Both the position numbers and the translations under genes were made by a program. DNA of 64,000 bases, taken from assembly GCA_030704615.1 (NCBI GenBank), contig CM060732.1:64914001-64978000 (forward strand), given 5' to 3'. Below, one piece after another: positions 51,491 through 64,000 of this stretch. Under the pieces are notes generated by a model, which saw only the letters and a list, made by a program, of their open reading frames with translations, ran no database searches and was not told where the DNA came from. The DNA is from Takakia lepidozioides. Its lineage: Eukaryota; Plantae; Bryophyta. The number at the start of each line of letters is the position of its first letter. Position 1 is the first letter of the stretch.

Positions 51491-51640
51491 CTGGCAGATC
51501 TGGAAAAGGGCAAAGAGGTCCATGGCGACATCTTCAGAGCTGGAATTGTACCAACTGTCATTCTGAACAATACCCTGGCAGACATGTATGCAAAATGTGG
51601 GTGCATCGAGGATGCAAAGGGAGTGTTTGACACTATGGCT
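51491..51640 (+). pseudogene. Isolated fragment of a PLS-class pentatricopeptide repeat gene
   Basis: LADLEKGKEVHGDIFRAGIVPTVILNNTLADMYAKCGCIEDAKGVFDTM. Confidence 0.85.
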
Positions 51641-52775
51641 ACATCTCCCCCTCACTTCAGATGCAATCTGCTGCTTTATATGCCTGCTACCTATATAATG
51701 AAATCTCTCACTCCACGGGTGTACGTCCCAGCAACTTATGCCCTGCATGCTGGTTTATGTCTGAGTTATGCTGGTTTCTATCCTCTGATCATTTCCTGTC
51801 ACAGATGCACTGTCAAGGGTTTCTGGTATGGCATGGCACATCATGAAGCCCGTAGCCAACCTCTCCAAGATGTCATTTCTTCCTCACCTACAGATCTGGA
51901 ATTGAATAAGAATGCGGGAGGTTCACAGAATGGGCCTCAGTTTTGTGATGGGGCATTGCAAACTATTGCTCAACAGTGGTTGGATGCTGAGCCCCAGCCC
52001 GAAGAATCTTGTTCCATGCAAGTGGTTCTATATAAGTTTTGGGGGCCTTACACCGAGCTTGGCGCTACCCTCTTTTGGAGCCGTACAGACGTCGCACCAT
52101 GGAGACCCAGTTCCCACCCTACCTCCTGGAGTTTCCGCATCCTGAAGTGGCAAAGCTCTGCCCCCCATCCCGAAGATTGCGTGGAGGGAGGTACTGATAC
52201 ACTCTATGTTCTAGGTCTTAAACTCCATCACGACTTCCACTCAGATGGTCATTCACATCGGCATCAACTCACCACTCCGCTACCTTGGCTCCGTTCTTAC
52301 AGCAATATCACCAGCCTGCTGGTCACACGGGGGCTGCTATTTCATGAGCCATGAGCCATGAGCAGAGTCGTAAGTGTGGAAAAAAACATGAGCAGGACTA
52401 TTTTCCGGAAATGAGTGTCCGCGGGAATAGGGTTTAGGGTGCCACGGTCATAGGGGGAGAAGGACCTCCCGATGAAGGAGGTTCGACAATGTTTTTTAGA
52501 ATTATATATTGAAATGCAATGTTTCGCAAATGGTAGGGTGGTACTGCTCTGTACAATGGGGGCCCATTTCAGCCTACCAGCCACTTGCAAAATCCACCCA
52601 CACTCCCAATCCCAAACGAAATGAGCAATGACGCATTCTGGGAACGATGGACACATAATAGAATAAAAAGAGGGCACAATGGGGTTTTTATTGATCCACA
52701 TGAATTGCATTTGAAGCACGTCTACTGTGCTGATTGTGCAAACAAATCTTTAGCCCTGTGCCTACTGAATACAAG

Positions 52776-53471
52776 TCACGTTGTCAATGGGACTTCGACT
52801 GCTCTGAGAACTAGCTCATGAGTCATCGGGCTCCTCCAGGTAAACTGGATTGCAGCCGTTGTACCGCCCCTGTTGATGTTCATCACAATGTCGTGCCCTT
52901 CAATCATACCACCATCGAATATGGAAAGCTTCATGTTTTCGTCCTCCAAACCAATGCAAATGTCCCCATACAATGGAGAAGATGAGCGCACTCCTTCAGG
53001 AGAATACGTCTCTCCGATGGAGTCCACCCACGTCCACTAGCAGCAGTTCCACCGCAACAGCATAGCAGTGCGCATTCTTCTGCATGGGTGACCGTCGTAG
53101 CTGGGAAAATCGGAATCAAGGATGTGCAGGAGCCATGGACTCCTCAGACCAAGATCGTCACCGTGCTCGAAGGCGTAGTGTCATGGGATATACTCAAAAG
53201 CGGTCAATGTTTCCACAATCGAACCAGTATCTTCTGTGTAATCTGTGTACCAGATAACAATGTCTCCCGATGTGGCCGAATACATTGCATAATCGATGCC
53301 TCCATAAGGGCAGTCGTCCCGGTTCCGGAAGCACGACATCCTTGCAAAGGAGGACCGGACTCCGGACAACCTATGAGTCAGTAGCAGGGTCAAAGACCCC
53401 AGAGCCATCACCAGGGATTTGATTTCCACTGGTTTGTCGTCAGAGAAGAACTTCGCTTCAGAAGAAGCCAT
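52776..53471 (-). pseudogene. Disrupted ORF of unknown function sharing its leader and first ~15 codons with 42042
   Basis: ORFs 53181-53471 and 52776-53027 are in one frame with stops; MASSEAKFFSDDKPV versus MASSKAEFFSDDKPV. Confidence 0.45.
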
Positions 53472-55849
53472 CTTCCTTCCTCGCGTACGTTGATACCTTT
53501 CTATCGCAGACCTTCAGTGTAAATCGGTTTACTGATGTCTGTCGCGTGGCTTTTACTCACCCATCCCTTCGCTATCCGAGGGGGAAACTCCAAGATAGAA
53601 GAGTTGGATATCTCTAAGCATTCAGCCCGCGTGGAACAATCAGTCATGACCTGCAGCTAGTGAATCATGGTTGGGTTTCCAATTTATATTCCTTATTGGT
53701 TTTGTATTCTCAGTTCATCTTTACCATGTACATTTAAGCGTCAGATTGCTCCTTTGATTCCCTGATTCCATTCATACACAGCTTCTCTCAGGTCTCTCTA
53801 CACAGTGTGATTGTATCGGATAAGAATCAGATTAATGATAATCAGATACATGTTGATGCCACAGTTTCTCTAATCTACCTCTCTATGTAATTTCCAGCTT
53901 CTACTATCTAAGTTGCAATTGTCTCCTCCTCCTCTCTGTAGTATCATCATCATTCCTCTCCTCTCATCATCTCCGTCCGTCCGTCCTCCGTGATGTCCCC
54001 AAAAAGATTTCCCCAAGCAGTGACCCCTTTTCGTTCCTGCTCCCCCTTTTATCTTCCTACTAGTTGTTCTATCTGCTTCTCTCACTAACCGTCATCCGTG
54101 AACTCACATGTTCCATTCGCAGATGTTGTTCCCCACAGTCGCTCCCTGTCATGATAATCGTTCTCTATGACCATGACAGCTGTGTCAAGCTGTGACTGGC
54201 TGTGTGAAACTATGACGGGCTGTGACTGGCTGTGCGGCTGTGTCGCTGTGTCGGGCTGTGACTGGCTGTGACTAGTCTATGTAAAAATTTAAGGGTACAC
54301 CTCAGAACCCATAGAAGTGTCTAAGTGTCGTGCACCTCACTTCGGTAAGCTCCCCCTCAAGTCATAGTTACTCGCTTTGATGCGCGCGCCTAACTCCCAA
54401 CCTGGCCGCCGGGCCAACTTGGAGCTTCGGCTGCTCACCGGGGCATAACGGTCCCCCTTTGTTCTCCCAAAGAACCCTCCACCGATTCGGAACCAGCGAG
54501 AATTCCCTTTGGTAGCTGGCAGTCCGGAACAGCTCCCCACTCTTTGGTCGCTTTCCGACTCGCTCGCTTACTCACTAGTTTTTGGTCACCAACGGGCTTG
54601 TACCGTTCTCAGGGTTACTACTCCCTATATATACTTCTGAAGCTGTCCGCGGGGGTTTCACAACCAGCCATGCCATTTTATGGCGAACCACCACGAGAAC
54701 CCTCGACTCCCGGTGAGTCTTGGCCCACTCACCACGGCCCCTATGGACCGTGATGAGTCCCAAGACTCCCACGACTCCCACCACGAGGTCTCCGCCCCCA
54801 TGGTGAGTCCTATGCCACCCCCACTAAGTCCCGCTAAGCTACCACCACCCCTTGTGGAGCCACCCCCACCGCAACCCGGTGTGCGGGGCTCCACCTAGTG
54901 AGCGCCTCCGCTTCCTTGAGTGCCTTGGGCACTCAAGGGTGCTTCAGCCCCCCATACCTATCACTCCTGCTGCCCCCACCACAGGGGCAGCCCCTCCTGT
55001 TTCCCGACCCCATACCCTCAAGGCAAAGGGCCGCGACACACACCCCACGACACACCCCATGGCAAAGAACCAAACCCCACACTTGACTCTACTCTCCACT
55101 AGCTAGTTCGGCCGACTTCCTCCAAGTCCCGGCCAAGGGTGAAGTCTCTCAAGCTCCTCCCAGTGCACTCTTCTTGGCCTACTTCAAGGCCAAGGAACGA
55201 TCCTCCCCGAGGATCGAATTGCCTCGCTGCAACAACATTGCTTGCGACCGCTCATGATGCCGCCTTGGGCATCACCTTGAGCAAGGGTTCACTTCGAACC
55301 CTCTTTGACTAGGAAGATAACCTTGAACCAACCGTGCGCCCCAATCACTACAATTGGGTCCGCCTTGGAATGTTGGCCTGAGGTACGGGAACACGCCGAA
55401 GCCGCACTACGACTTCGTCCCGAGGCTACACGATTATAGTACGTGAACGGAAGCACGTAGCTTCCGCGTTAGCCCGCACTACAAGGCAACCCCCTCGGTA
55501 GCGCAGTTATAGTACGCGCACGCGCCAGGTGCGCACTAGCACGTGAACTCCCAAAGAAGGCGCAAGTTTCGTTGCCCCTTGGATGGGAGTCACCCGATTT
55601 CGGCACTGCGCAAACACACGATTAACCCAATTTACCTCTCCCACTTTTGTAAGCTAGCATGCATTCTACACACTAGCCAACCACACCATGCATTACCATT
55701 CCAAACAAAATAGGACGCACAACATTTGGAACCCATTTCCTTTATAACAAATTTTTGTACAATACAAGTTTTTGCAATCGGATTCCTGAGCTAGCTAAGC
55801 CGGGCTAAGCATGCATTTCCTCCCCCACGCTCCAAGGTTGATGTCCCCA

Positions 55850-58800
55850 TCAACGCTTCTTCCACTTTTGAGGTCGCCCTTCGAAAACTGCAACCGCCTC
55901 AGATGCGTTTCCCATTTCTGAGGCACGCACCCAAGATGCCTCCACATGATGATAGCCCTTCCATTTGACGAGATACTTCGTTTCTCGGTTCTTGAACCTC
56001 CTCAACTTAAGTACTGCCTCCACCTCGTACTCAGGTTCATTTTCATGATCCAACAGCACAGGTGGCGGACGCAACACTTGTTGCCGATTCGGACGCGCTT
56101 CATCTTTGAAGTAAGGCTTCAAAAGGGAGACGTGGAATACTAGATGCACCTTGTTGTTTGCCGGCAGCTCCAATTCATACACATCCTCATTCATAACCTT
56201 CCGGATGCGAAAAGGTCCCGCATACGGAGGTACGAACTTTGGACTCACTTCCGGAGGTAGTCGGAAATTCTTGATGTTCAACCAGACCTCCGTGCCTGCC
56301 TCAAGCTTCACTTCCCTCCGCTTCCGATTCGCCTGCCTTTCATACCGTTTCCTAGCTTTGGCAATGTTGTACTTTGCGAGCTTCAACAAACGCTCGCGTT
56401 CTTCCAGTACCGCCGCTACTGCCGGTTCCTCAACGTCCTGGGCGGCCCAACTTGTCGGCACCAGAGGTGCTTTTCCATAGACCAATACAAAAGGGGAAAC
56501 TCCCGTTGTGGAGTGTTCTGTGTTATTATAACAGAACTCTGCCGCGTCTAAGTGTTCCACCCAGTCTGTTTGGTCTGCCGACACGTAATTCCGCAAGATC
56601 TGTTTCACTACGGAATTCACTCTTTCCGTTTGGCCGTCGGTCGTAGGTCGGAAGGCGGTGCTCATCTTCAGCCTTGTCCCCATCTTCTTCCAAAGTATCC
56701 TCCAAAATTTACTGGTAAACTTTGGATCGCGGTCCGAGACAATATCCTTCGGGACTCCATGATGCTTTAAGATTTGGGCAAAGTAAAGTCGCCCTGTCTC
56801 CTGCGCCGTTGCCGTCTCCTTGGTGGGGATGAAATGGCCTATTTTACTGAACCTATCCACCACCACCATGATTGCGTCAAATCCTTTTGACAGCGGCATA
56901 GCAGTCATGAAATCCATCGATACGCTTTCCCAAGTCCCCTCCGGAATCGGCAAGGGTTGTAACAGCCCCGCTTGCTTTTTGTACTCGCTCCGGTTTTGTT
57001 GGCATGTGGTGCATGTCTTGACATACTCCTCTGCCCCCTCCCTCAGTTTGGGCCAGAAATACTCTTTCTTCAAGAGTGCCGCGGTGCGCTTGGCTCCGCC
57101 GTGCCCCGCAAGCGGGCTATCATGGCATTCTCTTAAGAGACTATCTCTGATGGCACGTAGAGACACTTTTGCTTATACCGGAGCAGTCCATTTTGCAAGT
57201 GGAACTGCGATTTAACCCCCATCCTCAAGTCCTGCATCACGGACTTCCGGCAGGCCTTCCGGATCTTCCTTTGGAGCGCCGTCTCGCCCCTATACACCAA
57301 CATGAGCTGTTGTTTTCTACTTAAAGCATCAGCCACCACATTGTCCCGTCCCGGTTTGTACTGGATATCCACGTCGAACACCGCCAAAGTATCTTGCCAC
57401 CTAAGTTGTTTTGGGGACAACTTGGGCTGCGTGGCAAAATACTTCACCGTGACATTGTCCATGAACACCTTCACTGGATTGGAACCAACATAGTGGCGCC
57501 AAAGCTCAAGGCAATGCACCACCGCATTCATCTCTTTCTTGTGCGTCGGCCACCGTCGCTCCACTTCATTCAGTTTCTTACTTTCGTAAGCCACTGGACG
57601 TCCATCTTGCATAAGTACATCCCCAATCGCGAAGTCCGACGCATCTGTATGAAGCTCGAACGGACGATCGAACTCCGGGATTTTCAAGACTGGAGCTTCC
57701 GCCATCCGCTGCTTCAATTCAGCAAAAGCTTGGCCACAACAAGTGTTCCATACCCAGACTTTCGATTTACACAGAAGGTCCGACAGCGGCCCCGCGATCT
57801 TGGCAAACTTTCTCACATACTTCCGGTAATAGGAGGCGAGTCCTAGGAAGGATCGCACTCCCGGGACCAAAGTCGGAGGGTCTCAGTCCAAGATCGCCCT
57901 CACCTTTCTGTCATCCATTTTGATCCCATCTTGTGTAATCACATGGCCCAGGAACTCCACTTTCGTGACCCCGAATTCGCACTTTGAAGCTTTGGCGTAT
58001 AGCTTCCATTCCCGCAATTTTTGGAACACCCTTTTGAGGTGCTCCAGGTGCTCCTCCTTTGTTTTCGAGTACACCAAGATGTCGTCGATATACACGATCA
58101 CAAAGTCATCCAACCACTCCTGAAAAAGGCTGTTCATCAACGTGCTAAAGGTCGCGGGTGCATTGGTGAGCCCAAAAGGCATCACCAAGAACTCATATGA
58201 ACCATACCTTGTCCTGCACGCGGTCTTCTCCTAATCTCCTTCCGCCACCCGAATTTGATGATAGCCGGAGTGCAGATCGATCCGGCTGAAATACTTCGCT
58301 CCTGCCAACCGGTCGAAAAGGTCGTCGATCCTTGGCAAAGGGTACCGGTTTTTGATAGTCACCTTATTCAAAGCCTTGTAATCGACACACATCCGCAGCG
58401 TCCCATCCTTCTTGTCTGCGAATAGCACCAGGGCTCCGTAAGGTGACTTACTCGGCCGGATGTACCCCTTTGACATTAGATCCTTGAGTTGAGCCTTCAG
58501 CTCGACCAACTCTCTGTGGCTCAACCGGTAGGGCGCCTTGGCAGGCGGTTCCGATCCCGGTATCACCTCAATCTTGTGGTCCACTCCTCTCCGCGGTGGC
58601 AAGCCGCTTGGTAAATCCTCCGGCATCACATACTGGTATTTCTCCAAAATCCCTTTGATCCAATCTGGGCTCGGCTCCCCATCGCCTTCTCCCTTCACTT
58701 CTCTAATGTAAAGCAAAAATTGGGGCTTGTGTGCCTCCTCCACGGCCCACTCCCTTGCTGACAGAAGGTTTATTCGCCCTCCCACGGGTTTGGGCGTTTC

Positions 58801-59370
58801 TGACACTCGTAAGACCTCGCCACCATTCCCACATGGCAGCGTGACTACTCTCTTGCGGCCATCTATGACCGCTCCGGATTTGCTCAAAAAGGTCATCCCC
58901 AAAATGAGATCCACTCCATCGATCTCACAGATGGTGAAGTTCTCACATCCCTCCCAACTCCCCAGTTGAAGAGGAACATCGAACGCCAACCTTGTCGCCA
59001 GTTGTGGTTCTCCTTTGGCAGAACGCACCTCAATAGAGGCCCCCACCTCACTTGTCGGGAGTCCCAGCTTTTGTGCCGTTGCCGGTGTCATGAAGGAGTG
59101 CAACGCTCCTGTGTCCACCAACAACGACACGTTAGTTCCGGATATTATCCCATCCACGAACAATAACTGACTTCCTTTACGTAAGGCGCCAGTTTCCTGA
59201 TACAACACACAAGAAAATTTGCCTACCTTGCAAGTCCTGGCGACCACCGCTTCCACCAAGCGACTGATGGTATCTTCCGACAGCTCTGTGGTTGCCCGAG
59301 TCATGTTCAATTGTCGAGGTTTCGTGCACTTCTTGGCCATGTGCCCGGGCTCTCCCCGCAATTGAAACAC
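55850..59370 (-). pseudogene. pol: Chromovirus pol: PR, RT, RH, INT, chromodomain (one stop, frameshifts)
   Basis: LVDTGA; YPLPRIDDL; VYIDD; HTDASD; GHGG...CTTCQ; TDGQTER; YEVEAVL...YLVKWKGY...SW. Confidence 0.95.
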
Positions 59371-60389
59371 ACTCCATCAAAGGTCGCCTTCTGTCCGCCA
59401 TAAGCCGCTCCACCCGCTTTTCCTTTCGAAGCACCGGGTGCCGCCTTGATGTGTGAAGGCCCTCCCTTCGATTTCCACCTGCCATTATCGCCGCGTGGCC
59501 TATCCCACTTCTTTTCCGGTCGGAAGGAGTCACCTTCCCGCCGGGTCTTCTTGTGGTTCAGCTCCGTACGGCCTTGTCTCTCACCCCTAGGGACATCCGA
59601 GAAACATTCAGCCCTCTCAATTGCCTCCTTCAAAGTCTTGGGTGGCTTCTCCTCCAACTTCCGCCTGGCCCATGGGGCCAGTCCCGCCACAAAGTTGAAG
59701 ACCATTTCTGGTTCTGCCATGTCCGCGACTTTGAGCAACAACACATTGAAAGCCTGGACATACCCCCGAATGTCATCTATTTGCTTCAAATTCCTCAACT
59801 GGTCCCGGGCAAGCCAGGACACGTTGAGGGGCACAAACTGTCTCTTCATCAATTCCTTGAACCCACTCCAGTTCAAGGTTTCCGGGCTTGGACCTCGGTC
59901 GTGAAGGCGTTTCTGCCACCATTGTTGAGCATAGCCCCTCAAATAGGTGGGAGCCACTTCCACCCGATCCTCGTCACTCAACTTGGCCGCCCGGAAGTAC
60001 TGCTCTAGCTCCAGGAGCCAGGTGTTGAGTGTCTTCCGATTTTGGACGCCCTCGAAGGTGCCGGGTTCCTTAGGCTTCACCTTAAACTTTGCCTTAGTGG
60101 AAGTGGCATTAGCCGCCTTCAACACGTCTTTCAACGTCCCGCCAAACTGCGCCAACAACCCTTCCCAAAAGGCTGCCGGCATCGGAGGCATCTCTTGGTT
60201 TGTTGGAGCTCTCAAGGATTCCTCGGGCTCGGACTCCTCGGATTCCTCCCACTCTTGAGCGGCCTCGTTTTCGGAAACATGCATCGCTTCCTCAAACGGC
60301 CGCCTCGGTGACACGTTGCCCCCATCGGGCTCACTAGGATCATCATCTTTTGGGCCGTTCCGCTTTTGCTTTGGCTTGCCCGACCCCAT
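59307..60389 (-). CDS. gag: Chromovirus Gag
   Basis: EPGTFEG...WLLELEQYF...[10 protein letters not shown]; CFNCGE.GH...C knuckle spanning a frameshift. Confidence 0.9.
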   Translation of the reverse strand: MGSGKPKQKRNGPKDDDPSEPDGGNVSPRRPFEEAMHVSENEAAQEWEESEESEPEESLRAPTNQEMPPMPAAFWEGLLAQFGGTLKDVLKAANATSTKAKFKVKPKEPGTFEGVQNRKTLNTWLLELEQYFRAAKLSDEDRVEVAPTYLRGYAQQWWQKRLHDRGPSPETLNWSGFKELMKRQFVPLNVSWLARDQLRNLKQIDDIRGYVQAFNVLLLKVADMAEPEMVFNFVAGLAPWARRKLEEKPPKTLKEAIERAECFSDVPRGERQGRTELNHKKTRREGDSFRPEKKWDRPRGDNGRWKSKGGPSHIKAAPGASKGKAGGAAYGGQKATFDGVCFNCGESPGTWPRSARNLDN

Positions 60390-62611
60390 GATGAGGCCAA
60401 TCCCAAGGACGATCGCGCACTGAACTCTAGGCTCTGATACCAAGTGTCGCGCACCTCACTCCGGTAAGGTCTCCCTCAAGTCATAGTTACTCGCTTTGAT
60501 GCGCGCGCCTAACTCCCAACCTGGCCGCCGGGCCAGGAGCTTCGGCTGCTCACCGGGGCATAACGGTCTCCCTTTGTTCTCCCAAAGAACCCTCCACCGA
60601 TTTGGAACCAGCGAGAATTCCCTTTGGTAGTTGGCAGTCCGGAACAGCTCCCCACTCTTTGGTCGCTTTCCGGCTCGCTCGCTTACTCACTAGTTTTTGG
60701 TCACCAACGGGCTTGCACCGTTCTCGGGGTTACTACTCCCTATATATACTTCTGTAGTTGTCTGCGGGGGTTTCACAACCAGCCATGCCATTTTATGGCG
60801 AACCACCACGAGAACCCTCGACTCCCGGTGATGAGTCGCGGTGAGTCTTGGCCCACTCACCATGGCCCCTATGGACCGTGATGAGTCCCAAGACTCCCCA
60901 CGACTCCCACCACGAGGTCTCCGCCCCCATGGTGAGTCCTATGCCACCCCCACTAAGTCCCGCTAAGCTACCACCACCCCTTGTGGAGCCACCCCCACCG
61001 CAACCCGGTGTGCGGGGCTCCACCTAGTGAGCGCCTCCGCTTCCTTGAGTGCCTTGGGCACTCAAGGGTGCTTCAGCCCCCCATACCTATTGCTCCTGCT
61101 GCCCCCACCACAGGGGCAGCCGCTCATGTGTCCCGACCCCCTGCCCTCAAGGCAAAGGGCCGCGACACTAAGTCCCAGACCCCACAGAACCCATAAAAAT
61201 GCCTAAGTCCCAGACAGTCCTCTAACATTACCCCTTCCCCTCTCAAAAAGCCGTGTCCTCACGGTTTATTGATGGGATCAGCAACCCCTTATGAACGAAC
61301 CCCTTTCTCCTTCTGAGAATTCCTTGTAGGGCTCTGTGTGTGTGCCCGAGTTCTGTGACTGCTTGATGGAGATGCTTGAGTTGTATCTGAAATTGATTTC
61401 TTGTCCTTTGATTGAACAAGCTGTAATAGCTCAGGCATGGGAGATCCCCGTCGTCTTCTGTCTTCTACTGCGTTTTCATATTCTTCCCATATGTCAACAG
61501 ATTGCTCTGAAGATTCAATTGTAGTGTCTGAATCGTCCTCAGTCCTGCAGTTTTTTGGTTTTCTTGTCTTCTTTGGTTTCTCAGGAATGAAAATTGGCAT
61601 GCAGTGTGGCCCCACCATGTCAGGAAGCTTAAACTTCACAACGTTGTGTAAGCTGTTGAAAGCAAGTTTAGTGAACTTCATCAATTCCTTGTCTGTATAG
61701 ATGAGAGGTGTTCCAGTAACTTTGGAACAGTATAGGTATTTCCAGGCTGCCTGCTGCTTATTAAAAATATCGTCAACGTACCGTTTTTCTTTGGTCAAGT
61801 TGTTCCAAGCCATGTTAAACCATGAACGAAGTTGCGAATCCTTCTGTAGCATGGTTTTCACATCATATAAATACGTATGATGTGGCACCACAGGTAAGGT
61901 CCAATGATCTCCAGTGGAATAAGTCAGTATATCTGCACTGCATCTTCTGCTGCTCAATGTGGTAACGTGCAATGAAACAAGCAGTATAATATATTCCACA
62001 GCCCATGACCAAACTCGCTACCTCCTTGGTTTTGGTGTGGATGTGCCCGTGAACAACTTGGAAGGCAATTAACTCCTTCAACATGGTGCCTGCCTTAGAC
62101 CAGTACCTCGCAAAATGATGATCCTCAATAAGCTGATTTATTGCAAGAACCTTAGTCTGAGTGGCCACTGGCAACTAAATGCGCATTATTTGGTAGTAAT
62201 GTGGAAATGATTGCGGAGGACCAAATTCGTTCCAAGCCAAATCCAAGGTATCTGGAATTTTGTTGAATGGCATGATCATTGCTCGATTGTATTCACGTGC
62301 AGCAGGAGTCTTGGGTGGGTTGAAAGCAGCATTTCCCCATACCTCAGGTTGTGCGACAGTTGTTATGATAGGTTTAGTGACCTGTACAGCCACCTGCTGT
62401 AATATTGGTGCCATTGGTGCTTCCACCACTGGCATCACCTGCACTTCTTGCGAAGAAGACTAAAAAACGAGAGTTCTGGCCCTCAAATATACATCCATCG
62501 GGTGTTCTTCAGGAATCATGAGTCTTTTATCAATATTGGAAGTCAAGTCATCGACTTGAGTCTGCAGGTTATCCACATCCTCCTGTAGCTCTGCTATCCT
62601 ACTATAGACAT

Positions 62612-64000
62612 TGTCGTGCGCATACGTATCGTAACACAACTACATCGCTGTCCAAACCACACCACACATATATGCACAATAAAATAGTCTACCACAATAG
62701 ATAAGAAAGCTTGAAAGGACACACACTCTCAACACAAGAAATATGAAATCCCTCAACATCACTCGTTAAAACAGAAGTCGAGCCAGGGGCACCCCAAGCT
62801 GTGGGGACTCCACCCCACAACAACCTACACTCCCATCATGAGCACACTCAGTCCTAAACGATGCAGGAGCTCGGTCGCGCAGGCTCAACTCGAGAGAGAT
62901 GAGCCGTGCGACTGCCGCTCTCGTGAAGATAAGACGGGTCAGGTGTCAAACTAAACTTGACACCTGATTTAACACTTGACCTAAATCCAAGTGTTAAATA
63001 CAAATAACTAGCTTTATTCTAGCTAGTTTCACACTGTACTTATTTAACTTGACAGCTGTCGTGCGCATACGTATCGCAACACAACTACATCGCTGTCCAA
63101 ACCACACCACACATATATGCACAATAAAATAGTCTACCACAATCGCCCCCCTAGCTGGTGGATAGGTCCCTCTACCTCCAGATAGCTACAAGACGTAATA
63201 GCCATAGCCGTACTAAGTCCTCTATCACTGTCCCTATCGTACTCAAACTCTATAGACCAAGAGGCCGGGTACAAGAGTAGCCCCATCGTTAGTCGCCGTC
63301 TTGCAATCTGTGAACTTGAGCCAGGACCTCGTGTGTTCAAGGTCTCCTAGTAGCTGGGCCTTGCGTTTCTTGTTAGCCTTCCATGGTTGTATCCACTCCC
63401 ACTATCCAATGCAATGTGGACATAACCAATCCCCATCCGGAACCATCTCAAGAGGTGGAGTCAAGCATCCCATATGCCAACCTCTAGAGCATCGATCACA
63501 CACCAGCATGGTGGCTGCCCCTCTAGCAGACCCACACAACATGCACCTCAAACCTGCAGATACCACTGCCCAGTTTGGGTCTATCCTGCAATCGACATTC
63601 GGAAGGTGACATGGCGTACAATTACGCACATGGTCCTTCCAAGTTATGCCATCCCAACCCTCCAAGACCAAGACTCCTGAGGGCAAGACCTCTCGAACCC
63701 TCAGAATAACACGTCTTGCAGTCACATCCAAGGTCGTAGGAGCAGTTTGCTGCAGATAGACATAGTCACCAGGGTTGAATCTCCGAACCCCAGGACGATA
63801 GCCCCCACCACGTATGGTAGCATACCTCAACGTATCACGGTGTTGTGCAATGGCAAGGTTCTCGAAAGCCATGGGCATGACTCTCTTGAACAACTCTGCA
63901 CGCTGCTCACATGCACGTGCCCACACGTCCGGATCGTCAAGGTTAAGAACTGTAGCAGCTTCTCTGCGAATGGATGTAGGCAAATCCGGCTCTGGGCCAA
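62612..64000 (-). mobile_element. 3' end of a Ty3/gypsy element with a PHD-finger integrase, inserted into E3
   Basis: Terminal repeat structure 62612-63141; G-rich tract at ~63144-63153; integrase C-terminal ORF. Confidence 0.85.
63402..64000 (-). CDS. Integrase C-terminus with SH3-like region and PHD finger (partial)
   Basis: NLAIAQHRDTLRY...FNPGDYVYL; CMLC...MLVCDRCSRGWHMGCLTPPLEMVPDGDWLCPHC (C4HC3). Confidence 0.9.
   Translation of the reverse strand, partial: GPEPDLPTSIRREAATVLNLDDPDVWARACEQRAELFKRVMPMAFENLAIAQHRDTLRYATIRGGGYRPGVRRFNPGDYVYLQQTAPTTLDVTARRVILRVREVLPSGVLVLEGWDGITWKDHVRNCTPCHLPNVDCRIDPNWAVVSAGLRCMLCGSARGAATMLVCDRCSRGWHMGCLTPPLEMVPDGDWLCPHCIG

Larger units (their letters stand above)
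54326..61167 (-). mobile_element. Full-length chromovirus (Ty3/gypsy, Galadriel-like)
   Basis: LTRs 54326-55038 and 60445-61167 (TG..CA); TSD CTAAG; PBS TGGTATCAGAGC at 60431-60442 (tRNA-iMet); chromodomain integrase. Confidence 0.95.
53540..62611 (-). mobile_element. Ty3/gypsy family A copy E3 (3' LTR 53540-54325 plus 61168-61227, PPT 61228-61244, 3' ORF remnant 61289-62611)
   Basis: LTR rejoins across the CTAAG TSD; 3' ORF homologous to 4150-5500. Confidence 0.92.

Overview
Eukaryotic, TE-dense window with no intact ordinary host gene. It is most likely from a non-seed land plant; this is inferred from a PLS-type PPR fragment, spliceosomal introns, plant-type PBS sequences and TTTAGGG motifs. 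About two-thirds is one non-chromovirus Ty3/gypsy family ('family A', Arg-like PBS, 5-bp TSDs), present as five copies plus a solo LTR, three of them nested in other family A copies. Family A has an extra ORF that starts inside the LTR and reads through the PBS. Its Gag-Pol appears to continue in frame, through a 30-bp coding minisatellite, into a ~1,400-aa unknown region. Also present: a full-length chromovirus (54326-61167); a gypsy element whose integrase ends in a PHD finger and has an odd A-B-A terminus; a Penelope-like RT fragment with no C-terminal endonuclease and a minimal hammerhead ribozyme in its 3' UTR, fused in frame to a gypsy integrase; a LINE-ORF1-like pseudogene with a downstream PPR fragment; and a degenerate multi-exon ParB-like gene whose two long introns carry ~10 copies of a 24-bp palindrome, next to a divergent SWIM-finger pseudogene. 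All calls come from reading the sequence; no database searches were run.
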